This document shows, one piece after another, positions 1 to 11,945 of a stretch of DNA of 64,000 bases. Origin of the DNA: Octopus sinensis (lineage: Eukaryota); contig NC_043007.1 in NCBI RefSeq assembly GCF_006345805.1, positions 20,770,001-20,834,000 of the forward strand. The letters run 5' to 3'. A model generated the notes under the pieces. It ran no database searches and had not been told where the DNA came from. It saw only the letters and a program-made list of their open reading frames with translations. Position numbers and translations under genes: made by a program. How positions within the stretch are numbered: the first letter of the stretch is position 1; every line of letters starts with the position of its first letter.

Positions 1-380
1 AACAATGTCCATGTTAGACATTATTCAACAGTTTCTTTTCCCAAAAGTTGGTTCCTACACTGACATGTAATTCACTCTCACCCTCGCTCATCTTTCCTTG
101 TCTCAATATTAGCAACAATCACCATTTAGGACGGAGGCCTGCCTTCCCTGCTTCTCTAATTTCATTTCTGTCTCCACCACTCTCTGAATTCCTCTATCAG
201 CATTAGATATCTAGCTCACCTCCAACAAACTTCAGTGCACAAAAACTCCTTACATATTGACATGATTAACACTGGGGACCACATGTTTGCCATCTCTAAC
301 TACTTTAATAATTCTGTTTTGTCGTGAGCTCATAGCATTAAATAGTGTTGATTATTCAAAAGCCTTTGATTTCTTTCTTA

Positions 381-962
381 CCTATTTCTTTACTACCCAC
401 AAGGGGCTAAACATAGAGAGGACAAACAAGGACAGACAAATGGATTAAGTGCATAACTGGTACTTATTTAATTGACCCCGAAAGGATGAAAGGCAAAGTC
501 AACCTCGGCGGAATTTGAACTCAGAACGTAGCGGCAGACGAAATACCTATTTCTTTACTACACACAAGGGGCTAAACACTGAGGGGACAAACAAAGACAG
601 ACAAACGGATTAAGTCGATTACATCGACCCCAGTGCATAACTGGTACTTAATTTATCGACCCCGAAAGGATGAAAGGCAAAGTCGACCTCGGCGGAATTT
701 GAACTCAGAACGTAGCGGCAGACGAAATACCTATTTCTTTACTACCCACAAGGGTCTAAACACGGAGGGGACAAACAAGGACAGACATAGGTATTAAGTC
801 GATTATATCGATCCCAGTGCGTAACTGGTACTTATTTAATCGACCCCAAAAGGATGACAGGCAAAGTCGACCTCGGCGGAATTTGAACTCAGAACGTAAC
901 CGCAGACGAAATACCGCTAAGCACTTCACCCGACGTGCTAACGATTCTGCCAGCTCGCCACC
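381..962 (-). mobile_element. tRNA-derived SINE family A (Meta-domain-like core), trimeric body
   Basis: Head GGCGAGCTGGCAGAATCGTTAGC with B-box GTTCAAATTCC; core CTTTCATCCTTTCGGGGTCGATAAATTAAGTACC repeated 3 times. Confidence 0.8.
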
Positions 963-1067
963 TTTTTTTCTTACTTACCTGATTTCTTTCTTAACTCCAA
1001 ACCTACACAAACTCTGCATCTTGTAGTCATATTTAATACTGCCTATTCATTGGTTGAAGGCACGTGG

Positions 1068-1378
1068 CTTAGTGGTTAGGGGCATTTGGCTCATGATCGT
1101 AAGGTCGTGAGTTCAATTCCCGGTGGCACGTTGTGTCTTTGAGCAAGACACTTTATTTCTCATTGCTCCAGTCCACTCAGCTGGCAAAAATGAGTAGTAC
1201 CTGTATTTCAAAGGGCCAACCTTGTCACACTCTGTGTCACACTGAATCTTCCCTAGAACTACGTTAAGGGTACACGTGTCCAAGGAGTGCTCAGCCACTT
1301 GCACATTAATTTCACGAGCAAGCTGTTCCTTTGATCATATCAGCTGGGACCCTCGTCGTCGCAACTGACGGAGTGCTC
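1068..1378 (+). mobile_element. tRNA-derived SINE family D
   Basis: A-box TGGCTTAGTGG, B-box GAGTTCAATTCC, CORE-like GTGTCTTTGAGCAAGACACTT; related copy at about 49020-49330 (-). Confidence 0.7.
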
Positions 1379-1784
1379 CTTTATTCCTGGGTTCCAATCC
1401 TATATCCATCCAGTGCAAAAATCTCTTCTGTCCTTTGAACACTCTGGTATTTTCAATTAGCTAATTTATTACATCTCTACATTTAAATTTAATTTGTCAA
1501 ATTAAATTTAAATGTTGAATTGAATCTAATGGATTTTGTGTGTTTCTTAAATGGCTTATAAACACCTTCCATGCTGCAATTGCTTATATATATGTGTCGG
1601 TGGCACATAAAATCACCCACTACACTCTCGGAGTGGTTGGCGTTAGGAAGGACATCCAGCTGTAGAAACACTGCCAGATCTGACTGGCCTGGTGCAGCCT
1701 TCGGGCTTGCCAGACCCCAGTTGAACCATCCAACCCATGCTAGCATGGAAAGCGGACGTTAAACGATGATGATGATGATGATGA

Positions 1785-1840
<56 letters not shown>

Positions 1841-2007
1841 TAATGATAAACAAAATTTCAGAGTGTAACTTAACCAAGAGTACATTAGACGATCAATCAG
1901 TTAAAAGAGAATGTATGGAAACAAATTTTATTATCATTATCATTATTATTATTTACTTTTAATCTGCATGTTTGTTACAATCACTTGCCAAGACACACCC
2001 AGCATCC

Positions 2008-2044
<37 letters not shown>

Positions 2045-2200
2045 CCATCATCATCACCATCATCACCACCATCACCACCATCATCACCATCATCACCACC
2101 ATCACCACCACCACCACCATCACCACCATCACCACCATCACCATCATCACCATCATCACCATCATCACCATCATCCTCATCCTCATCATCATTATTATTA
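2008..2200. repeat. (CAT/CAC)n trinucleotide microsatellite
   Basis: Directly visible; generates spurious poly-His, poly-Ile and poly-Ser/Pro ORFs. Confidence 0.95.
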
Positions 2201-2447
2201 TTTTTATAAATAAAATAATAATAAAATAATCAACTCTGATGATATTCATTCTATCACCCAAGCACACCTCTGTCCCTGAGTATTTACTCAACCTAAAGAA
2301 ACACAATTTGGGCCACCCTCAGCAAAGGAACTTGGAAAAGACTGCCAAATACAGACCTACTGCTAACCCATTTGATGTATCAGAAAGAAATAAACTAGAG
2401 ATTGGCACTTCTTTACACAGATGAAAATAACAGTTGTTTAAACTTAC

Positions 2448-2544
2448 TGATAGGTAATCCGTTCCTGTTGGCCTGGTTCATCTTTTTCCCAAATAAGAGC
2501 AATCTTGTTTGGATTTGATTTAGCATGTCGGTCCACACAGTTTA
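2448..2544 (-). CDS. ACSS1: Acetyl-CoA synthetase coding exon 2 ([32 protein letters not shown]); gene continues beyond the left edge
   Basis: ttgctag| acceptor in phase with exon 1 (G+TA=Val), |GTAAGT donor; LIWExDEPG motif typical of ACSS1. Confidence 0.88.
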
Positions 2545-3035
2545 CTAGCAACCAAAAAAAATAACACAAAAAATAAATCAGAGAGAAAATTATAGAACAA
2601 AAAGGAAAATGAGGAAATTTAGGGAATGTCAAATGAGTTTGTTAACTGTCTTTTTTATGACATAGATTTTGAAAGTAAGAGAATACAGTTCTAAATATCT
2701 TCTCAAAATTATTTTCTAGGATTGATAAAGAATTAGGAATGATGGAAATAACATCGGTTTTTGTTTTATTGCAATAGTTTAGTCTGAAAAGAAAGGGCTG
2801 CGCCCATGTACATCTTAGACAAGGATGCAAAGAAGTTATCTTCATACCAGAGATCCGAGATCTGGTTTGAATGCTTATAACAGAATGGATTCTACTAATG
2901 GTACCCAGTGATCAGAGATGGTTGTCTTATAACCAAGTAATGGATTAAAGCCACCACATGAAAACAGAAATAGTTCCTCCAATGAGATATTACAAAATTC
3001 CTTACATAAGGTTTTTGTTGATCCAAGGTTACCAA

Positions 3036-3450
3036 GGCGGCGAGCTGGCAGAAACGTTAGCACGCCGGGCGAAATGCTTAACCGTATTTCGTCTGCCGTA
3101 ATGTTCTGAGTTCAAATTTCGCCAAGGTCGACTTTGCCTTTCATCCTTTCGGGGTCGATAAATTAAGTACCAGTTACACACTGGGGTCAATGTAATCGAT
3201 TTAATCTGTTTGTCTGTCCTTGTTTGTCCTCCCTGTGTTTAGCCCCTTGTGGGTAGTAAAGAAATAGGTATTTCGTCTGCCGCTACGTTCTGAATTCAAA
3301 TTCCATCGAGGTTGACTTTGCCTTTCATCCTTTCGGGGTCAGTAAATTAAGTACCAGTTTTGCACTAGGGTCAATATAATCGACTTAATCCGTTTGTCTG
3401 TCCTTGTTTGTCCCCTCTGTGTTTAGCCCCTTTTGGGCAGTAATGAAATA
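3036..3450 (+). mobile_element. SINE family A, dimeric body
   Basis: Same head and core as 381-962; two body units. Confidence 0.8.
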
Positions 3451-3761
3451 AGATGGAGAAATGTGATCTTCAGATGTTGAGTCTCACAGGGTCGAAGACA
3501 AGTGACCAAGACTGTTGGTGAATAGCTGGGCTTGAGAAGACACATCAAAGTAAACGAAATTGTGGCCGTGGCCAGTGCCAATGATGTTCGAAAAGCACCT
3601 GTACCAGTGACACACAAAGGGCACCCAGTACACTCTCTGGAGTGGTTGGCATTAGGAAAGGCATCCAGCATTAGAAACCAAGTTAAAACAAACTGGAACC
3701 AGGTGCAGCTCCCTGGCTTACCATCTCCCAGTTAAACTTTCTAGGAGGAAGCACTCCGTCG

Positions 3762-4128
3762 GTTACGACGACGAGGGTTCCGGTTGATCGGAATCAACGG
3801 AACAGCCTGCTCATGAAATTAACGTGTAAGTGGCTGAGCACTCCACAGACACATGTACCATTAATGTAGTTCTTGGGGATATTCAGCGTGACACAGAGAA
3901 TGATAAGGCCGGCCCTTTGAAATTCAGGTACAACAGAAACAGGAAGTAAGAGTGAGAGAAAGTTGTGGTGAAAGAGTACAGCAGGGATCACCACCATCCC
4001 CTGCCAGAGCCTCGTGGAGCTTTTAGGTGTTTTCGCTCAATAAACACTCACAACGCCTGGTCTGGGAATCGAAACCGCAATCCTATGACCGTGAGTCCGC
4101 TGCCCTAACCACTGGGCCATTGCACCTC
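3762..4128 (-). mobile_element. tRNA-derived SINE family E (GGAGGCGCAATGGCCCAGTGG head) with a family-D-type tail
   Basis: A-box TGGCCCAGTGG, B-box GGTTTCGATTCC; other copies with this head at about 15395-15695, 45520-45830, 47285-47500 and 59490-59780. Confidence 0.75.
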
Positions 4129-4499
4129 CAGTTAAACTGTCTAACCCATGCCAAAACATACGTTAAATGATAAGGATAATGATGATGATGATAATGATGA
4201 TGATGAAAGCCTGTTTTAATTTTAAGAGTATCTCCACCTTCCCCGCCTTTTTACGAAATTTCTCCCAAATTCCTTGCCCCCATAACCATGGAGTTACAAA
4301 ACAAACTTCATTCTGGCACAGCCATTATGGAATATGTAGCAGGACCATTATTGAATGTGTAAATAATTGAAAAGCTTCCAAGAAAGACTTGTTTAGTTTA
4401 TATTTACTGAGGTATGAAATGTTTTGTTCCCAACCATTTTGGTGCCATTGATTCAGTCCTGATTCATTTGACATCAGACATTTTAATGTTTTCTCTCAT

Positions 4500-4925
4500 T
4501 TACTCCCTCCTCACATTCCTCCCTTCTCTCTCTTTCTCTCTTCCCCCTCTCTCTCCTCCTTCCCTCTCTTCCCTCCCTTTCTTCCCTTCCCTCTCTTCCC
4601 CTCTCTCTCTTCCCTCCCTTTCTTCCCTCTCTCTCTCTTCCCCCTCTCTCTCTTCCTTCCTACTCTTCCCCTATCTCACTCTTCTCCCTCTCTCACTCTT
4701 CCGTCCCTCTCTTCCCTCCCTTTCTTCCCCTCTTTCTCCCCTCCCTCTCTCTCTTCCCTCCCTCTCTTCTCCTCTCTCTCTTTCCTCCCTCTAATCCCCC
4801 CTCTCTTCTTTCTCTCTCTTTCCTCCCAATCTTCTCCTCTCTCTCTTCCCTCCCTCTCGTCCCTTCCCTCTCTTCCCCTCTTTCTCTCTTCCCTCCCTCT
4901 CTCCCCCCACTTCTTTCTCTCTGTT
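4500..4925. repeat. CT-rich polypyrimidine low-complexity tract
   Basis: About 425 nt almost exclusively C/T on the + strand. Confidence 0.95.
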
Positions 4926-5224
4926 TATATGTGTGAACATCTAGTTAAGTATGTATGTGTAATGTCGCTTTCCCACCCCCATCCCATCTCTTCTCTACCC
5001 GTATGCATATACTTCTGCACATGCAATGTGTGTGTGGTGTGTGTGTGTGTGGGCATATGTGTATGTGTATGTGTTTTCCTCCCTCACCAAACTATACAGT
5101 CACCAAAACCGGCCAAACGCCTAAACATCCATGCCCTCACGTCCCTCATACCATATTAACTGCAAGGTACAAAAATTACTGGAGTTGGATGTGGCTGTCC
5201 ACAAAATCTAATATCATTAATATT

Positions 5225-5632
5225 TCATCATTGTTCTTATCTCTTTTACTCTTTTACTTGTTTCAGTCATGTGACTGTGGCCATGCTGGAGCACTGTCTT
5301 TAGTCGAGCAAATCAACCCCTGGACTTATTCTTTGTAAACCTAGTACTTATTGTATCTTTTGCCGAACCGCTAAGTGTTGTGGATGTAAACACACCACCA
5401 TCAGTTGTCACACGATGTTGGGGGGACAGACACAGACACATAAACATATACACACACATATACATATATACGGTGGGTTTCTTTCAGTTTCCGCCTACCA
5501 AATCCACTCACAAGGCTCTGGTCAGCCCAAGGCTATAGTAGAAGACACTTGCCTAAGGTGCCACGCAGTGAGACTGAACCCAGAACCATGTGGTTCGTAT
5601 GCAAGCTACTTACCACACAGCCACTCCTACGC
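5225..5632 (-). mobile_element. tRNA-derived CORE-like SINE family B (GGCGTAGGAGTGGCTGTGTGG head, internal (AT/GT)n, (AAAGAGT)n tail)
   Basis: Representative copy; others at about 6710-7100(-), 7400-7770(-), 8460-9082(+), 12620-13020(+), 14530-14815(+), 17478-18125(+), 33290-33670(+), 41893-42225(+), 53005-53447(+) and 57600-57995(-). Contains ACCTTGGGCAAGTG, which is CORE-like. Confidence 0.85.
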
Positions 5633-5699
5633 CTAATCTGTCATAAATTTGCAATAAAAATCCATTTAATCAAGCTTATTTCGTTTTTATGTTCTTTAA

Positions 5700-5922
5700 C
5701 CCTTTAGCATTCAGATTATTCTTATTCTGTCAAATGTAAAGTTCATGTATTCATACCATTTAAAATTAATCCTGCATCATTTAATAGCTTTGAAATTTCA
5801 ATGATGTGATTGTTTATTTTTAAAACGACACTATAAGGTAGGTATCAAAAACCAGAGCTGTCCAGTTTGAAGATAAAACAGGAATGTTTTGACCAGGTAT
5901 GGCCAGTTTAAACACTAATGGG
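5700..5922. mobile_element. piggyBac-like MITE, family 1
   Basis: TTAA|CCCTTTAG...CTAATGGG|TTAA; similar-ended copies at 36455-36675, 38859-39079 and 48260-48480. Confidence 0.75.
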
Positions 5923-5926
5923 TTAA

Positions 5927-6332
5927 CCCTTTTGATACCAACCTGGCTGAAACTGCCTATGGCTCTGTAGTACAAATGTCCTACTTTCATAAGTTCTGAA
6001 TTAAAATCTTCCACCAAACTTTAGTCACAATTTATGCTCCCAACACTAGCTTAATGATAAACTAAGTTATTTAACTAAATTCTTTGTTATATTTAAAGTA
6101 ATTTAAAGAAACACTGAACATCTCAAATGGCTGAAACCGGCTCTGGCTCTGTATTACAAATGTCTTGTTTTCATAAGTTCTAAATTAAAATCTTCCACCA
6201 AACCTTAGTCACAATTTATGTTCCTAACACTAGCTGAATGATAACTAAGTTATTTTACTAAACTCTTTCTTATATTTAAAATTAATTGAATGACACACAG
6301 AGCATCTCAACAGAAATATGGTAACGAAAGGG
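5927..6332. mobile_element. piggyBac-like MITE, family 2 (with internal tandem duplication of about 185 bp)
   Basis: TTAA|CCCTTTTG...CGAAAGGG|TTAA; related copies at 40379-40599 and 50745-51363. Confidence 0.75.
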
Positions 6333-6920
6333 TTAAGGTCTTAATTGTCCACATAGCACGAAACTTCTTGCATAGCAGATTACACTGTGATTGCATACAA
6401 AAATCATAATCCCGTGTAAGTCAAAATAGACAGAGGTTATTTACAATATGCCAGGTCATAGCTAAGTTAACAAGTTGCTAGTATTAGAAGGGTATCAGTG
6501 TACTATGTCCTGACCCAGATAAGTAAATCTCATCAGCTCAATTCGCCTAACAATAAACTTAATACTTTACCGCTGTAAGTTGTGTAAATACTGTTTACTT
6601 GAATGATTCACACACACTTGTTAGATTGATTACGATTCTCACAAAGAATGTAACTTGAAGTGAGATATCTTCCATCTTTCGTTGTGATTTGTTTTAAATT
6701 ATACTCTCTCTTTTACTCTTTTACTTGTTTCAGTCATTTGACTGTGGCCATGCTGGAGCACTGCCTTTAGTCGAGCAAATCAACCCTAGGAATTATTCTT
6801 TGTAAGCCTAGTACTTATTCTTTCGGTCTCTTTTACCAAACCGCTAAGTTGCGGGGATGTAAACACACCAGCATCGGTTGTCAAGCGATGTTGGGGGTAC
6901 AAACACAGACACACAAACAT

Positions 6921-6965
<45 letters not shown>

Positions 6966-7602
6966 CGACAGGCTTCTTTCAGTTTCCGTCTACCAAATCT
7001 ACTCACAAGGCTTTGGTTGGCCCGAGGCTGTAGTAGAAGACACTTGCCCAAGGTGCCACACAGTGGGACTGAACACGGAACCATGTGGTTCGTAAGCAAG
7101 CTATCTTCACGGGTATTCAAATAATCCCGCTGATTATGAAATTCCATAAACCAATCCGGTGTCATATTCTATGGCTGAATAGCTTAGAAGTTTAGATAGG
7201 TGCAAGAGTGGCTGTGTGGTAGAAGCTTGCTTCCTGACCACATGGTTCTGGGTTCAGTCCCACTGTGTGACACCTTGGTCAAGTTTTTTCTACTATAGCC
7301 TTGGGCTAACAAAAGCCTTGCGAGTGGATTTAATAGACAGAAACTGAGAGAAGTCTGTCATATATAGATCATCATCATCATACTCTTTTACTCTCTTTTA
7401 CTCTTTTTACTTGTTTCAGTCATTTGACTGTGGCCATGCTGAAGCACCGCCTTTAGTCGAGTAAATTGATCCCAGGACTTTTTCTTTGTAAGCCTAGTAC
7501 TTATTCTATCGGACTATTTTACTGAACCGCTAAGTTATGGGGACGTAAACACACCAGCATCGGTTGTCAAGCGATGTTAGGGGGACAAACACAGATACAC
7601 AA

Positions 7603-7639
<37 letters not shown>

Positions 7640-8686
7640 CATATATACGACGGGTTTCTGTCGACCAAATCCACTCACAAGGCTTTGGTCGGCCCAAGGC
7701 TAAAGTAGAAGACACTTGCCCAAGGTGCCACGCAGTGGGACTGAACCCGGAACCATGTGGTTGGTAAGCATCATCATCTTTTAACATCCGTTGTCAATGC
7801 TGGCATGGGTTAGATGGTTTGACTGGCAATGGTAAGCTGGAGAGCAGCCACATGTGTATGTGCACATGTGTCTGTGTGTGTATTTGTGTGTGTTCATGCA
7901 TATGTGTATCCTTGATAGCCTTTCTCTTCTACTGATCTTCCCCAAAAACTGGAATCTAAATCCAGCTGATTGTGTATATTTAGCTAATTGTCTTTATATT
8001 AATTAGAAATAATAGCCATAACAATGATAATTAACAGCTTCTTGTTCAGCCCACATTCTTTCAGTGCTGGTCAGCCCATCAACTTCTTTGTCTGTGGTCT
8101 TTGAGCATGCAAATATGCATGTGTGTGTGGGGGGGGGCGTGTATTAACAGCTTGCTTATATGTATGCCTGTGTGTGTACTCCAGTGTGTGGATTTAGGTC
8201 AATGTGCAGTCAAGCATGAACGTGAATGAGATCATTTCCTCACCCATTACCCTACATACCCACATACCCATGTTCCTATCCCTTCAATCTGTTCAACTCC
8301 CAAAGGCCTGCCTCCCTCTCCCTCCCCCCCCCTCTCCCTCTTTCATTTCTTCATTTTGTCTTTCTTTCACTTTCTCTCCACCTTTCTGAGTTTCTTTCCT
8401 TTCTTTCATTCTTTCTCTCTATAGTGCTCATGTTTAATCAGAAAAAATGACCATAGGGCCAGGAGTGGCTGTGTGGTAAGTAGCTAGCTTAACAACCACA
8501 TGGTTCCGGGTTCAGTCCCACTGTGTGGCACCTTGGGCAAGTTCTTCTACTATAGCCTCTGACCGACCAAAGCTTGCGAGTGGATTTGGTAGAGGGAAAC
8601 TGAAAGAAGCCCGTTGTGTATATATATATATATATATATAGCTACTACACACATTTTTTTCTCTCCTTGTTTTTTTTTCTGTGTCC

Positions 8687-8722
8687 CTTTCTGTAGAAGA
8701 GCGTAGGCTCAAAACGTAAAAG
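8687..8722 (+). ncRNA. Degenerate minimal type-I hammerhead-like motif (Penelope pLTR type), family H2
   Basis: CTTT CTGTAGA A GAGC gtag GCTC AAAAC GTA AAAG: stem I, stem II and the ACGT palindrome pair correctly; the core deviates at two positions. Confidence 0.5.
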
Positions 8723-9600
8723 ACTCTATTCCTGAGCGCTATACTAATACATTTGTTTGTTTGTACTCCACCTGCCTTCGTCTTTTGTTTATTTTCGTAA
8801 ACTTTCCCTTTATATATATATATACATATACATACCTACATACATACATATGTATATATGTATGTATGTATGTATATATGTGTGTGTGTGTGTCTGTTTG
8901 TTCCCCCAACATCGCTTGACAACATATGCTGATGTGTTTACATCCCTGTAACTTAGCGGTTTGGCAGAAGAGACCAATAGAAAAATTACTAAGCTTACAA
9001 AGAATAAGTCCTAAGGTCAAATTGCTTGACTAAAGGTGGTGCTCCAGCATGGCCACAGTCAAATGACTGAAACAAATAAAAGAATCCCCAAGTACAACAA
9101 TATCTCCCTATTTCATTTTTCTTTTAGGCTGGTATGTATATGTATGTGTTTCTTAATTTGTGTGTGTGTCTGTATGTCTGTATTGTTGCTATTATGTTAA
9201 ACTGTCGTATGTCCAAATTTGGCCAAATGTGTTTTTTTTCAATATTTAATTTGGCTTTGCTGGTTCTTTTGGTCAGACTATCATATCTCCTCCGGCTGCT
9301 TCAGATGAAAATTGTCTAAGTGGCTTCCATGCACATAAAAAGCAGCAGCCGATCGTGGCCGCTACCAGCCTCCACTGGCCCTTGTGCCGGTGGCACGTAA
9401 AAAGCACCCACTACACTCACAGAGTGGTTGGCATTAGGAAGGGCATCCAGCTGTAGAAACACTGCCAGATCAGACTGGAGCCTGGTGCAGCCTCCTGGCT
9501 TCCCATATCCTGGTCAAACCGTCCAACGGTTTAGCATTTTTCAAAAGTGTTGTAAGTTCCACATACGACAGTTTAGCACAAATATTTCTGACTGAAAATA

Positions 9601-9744
9601 TCATACATGCATGGAATTACAATTTTATGCACACCGAACAAAATGTTATTGTTAAGCTGAAACAGTTGCTAATATAAAAAGAAATGGAACGGTGAAACTA
9701 TTTTTTCATTTTCTGAAAAAGCAACATTTTGGACTGACAACATT

Positions 9745-9777
<33 letters not shown>

Positions 9778-10604
9778 GTTTAACGTCCGTTTTCCATGCT
9801 AGCATGGGTTGGACGGTTTGACCAGGATCTGGGAAATGTTTCTATGGCTGGATGCCCTTCCTAACACTAACCACTCTGTGAGTGTAGCGGATGCCTTTGA
9901 TGTGCCACCGGCATAGGGGCCAGAGGAATCTGGCAACGACCATGATTGGATGGTGCTTTTTATGTGCACGGAAGCCAGCCAATGCGGCGCTGACATCGGA
10001 GGTGGCACTGGCACTTTTTGCATAATAAATATTTATAACAAGAACTTTTGGATGGAAATTCAAAAATCCCTTAATTAATTAATGGCTTTGTGAATTTCCA
10101 TCCCAAATTTCTTGATGTTGCCATATTCATCCTACAGTATAGTAGCACCAGGCCAATAACCTTCCCATGAAATTACTTTGGAAGATGAGAGTAATAAGCA
10201 GTGGCCAGAATAAATAGCATAGGAGCTTTTTATGGGCACACTGAAAAAAACATTTCACATAAGCAAACTTAAAGGATATATATCATCATCATCATCATCA
10301 TTTAATGTCCACTTTCCGTGCTGAGATGGGTTGGACAGTTTGACAGGAGCTGGTCAGGCAGAAGACTACACTAGACTTATGCCAGATGCAAAAAAGAACT
10401 CATTAATTAAAGTTAATTTTTCTTGCTTTTACAACAATTTACATTTGAGTGAATAATTAAATTTAGATGGGAAAAAATACCAGAAAAATTTAAATGAAGA
10501 GATCTATAGTTTCACTGTTCCATTTCTTTTTATATTAGCAACAGTTTCAGCTTAACAATAATATTTTGTTGGATGCATAAAATTGTAATTCCGTGCATGT
10601 ATGA
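9601..10604. mobile_element. TA-flanked element with about 100-bp terminal inverted repeats (Tc1/mariner-like, non-autonomous)
   Basis: 9601-9701 is the near-identical reverse complement of 10506-10604; TA on both sides; interior interrupted by other repeats. Confidence 0.65.
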
Positions 10605-11007
10605 TACCCTGTATCTGAAAATATCTAATTCTTGTTCGTTATGGAAGGAAAATGAAAACTATAAAACTATGGAACAATAAAATGACAAATGGAAGAAAAC
10701 TATAAAATGGAATTTAAATAAAGCTGTTGAATGAAAATTTTTAAAAACTGTAAAACTACATGGAAAACTACAAAATGAAAAATAAATTTTAAGAAAATTA
10801 TATGTAAATAAAAATATGTAGGGTGAAAGTAGATAAAATCTCCATCTTTTATCTTTTATCTTTTAATTGTTTCAGTCACTGCACTGCAACCATGCTGAGG
10901 CACCACCTTTGAAGGGCTTTAGTCAAACAAATCACTCCAGCCCTCAGTAATTATTATTTAAGTCTGGTATCTATTCTGTTGATCTCTGGGAACAAGCATG
11001 CAAAAAT

Positions 11008-11041
<34 letters not shown>

Positions 11042-11749
11042 ATAAGATTCAGTTGAAACACTCTTGTCACAACCTGGGACCTTGAAGACTGATTTAATGC
11101 AAGAAAGTATACTAGACCCTTAATATTTGATATTCAATAAGACAATCAATACTTCATTTCATTTTACTATATATACTATTTATGCTATATATTCTACATT
11201 AATATTATAAAGAATATAAATAAAACATAAAAAACAGACAGAGTTGGAATTTCTTTGATTAAAATATATAGGTTAATTCCTTCAATATACGATGCCTTAC
11301 ACCTGTTACACATATTTTTTTCCATTTTTGCCACCTGGGCGCGGATCTATATGTTAACCTATATTTTAATCAAAGAATACATGCAGGTGTACCCTTTGCG
11401 AGAAAGTGTGCTAGACATCTGCTGGATTGAAAGTACACATGCCGTGTCACAAGGCTTAGGAATTGTTGAAGGTAATTTACTGAACCCTCATTCATTGTCT
11501 TCGATGAGAGAATCCACCATATATATATGTATATGTATATATACTGATAGGGCACAGAAAGTGTGTCAATAGCCAGCTGGAGGAAGTGTCCTCCTGGGGT
11601 TACAAGCTACAGTAGCATCCACCCTTAAGGGTTAGCCACATTTAAGTGGCAAATATACCTCACAATGTCATGCAGCTACTGTTTATACCTCGCTCAGAGA
11701 TTTGTCATATATATATATGTATGTATGTATATATGTATGTATGTATATA

Positions 11750-11817
<68 letters not shown>

Positions 11818-11910
11818 ATCCAAACAAGAAAGCACAAAAAAAAACACAACAACGCGAGGACATGGAACAAATATATTATTGGACGCTCAGGAAAGAAGGA
11901 AAGAAGGAGG

Positions 11911-11945
11911 GTTTAACGTTTTGAGCAGAGCTCTTCGTCGGAAAC
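11911..11945 (-). ncRNA. Degenerate minimal type-I hammerhead-like motif, family H3
   Basis: GTTT CCGACGA A GAGC tct GCTC AAAAC GTT AAAC on the minus strand; 4-bp stems I and II; inside a (TA)n-flanked insert. Confidence 0.5.

Noticed and set aside
1911-2306. Poly-His, poly-Ile/Thr, poly-Ser/Pro and poly-Met ORFs
   Set aside because: All are frames of a (CAT/CAC)n microsatellite in an ACSS1 intron, with no splice context or domain.
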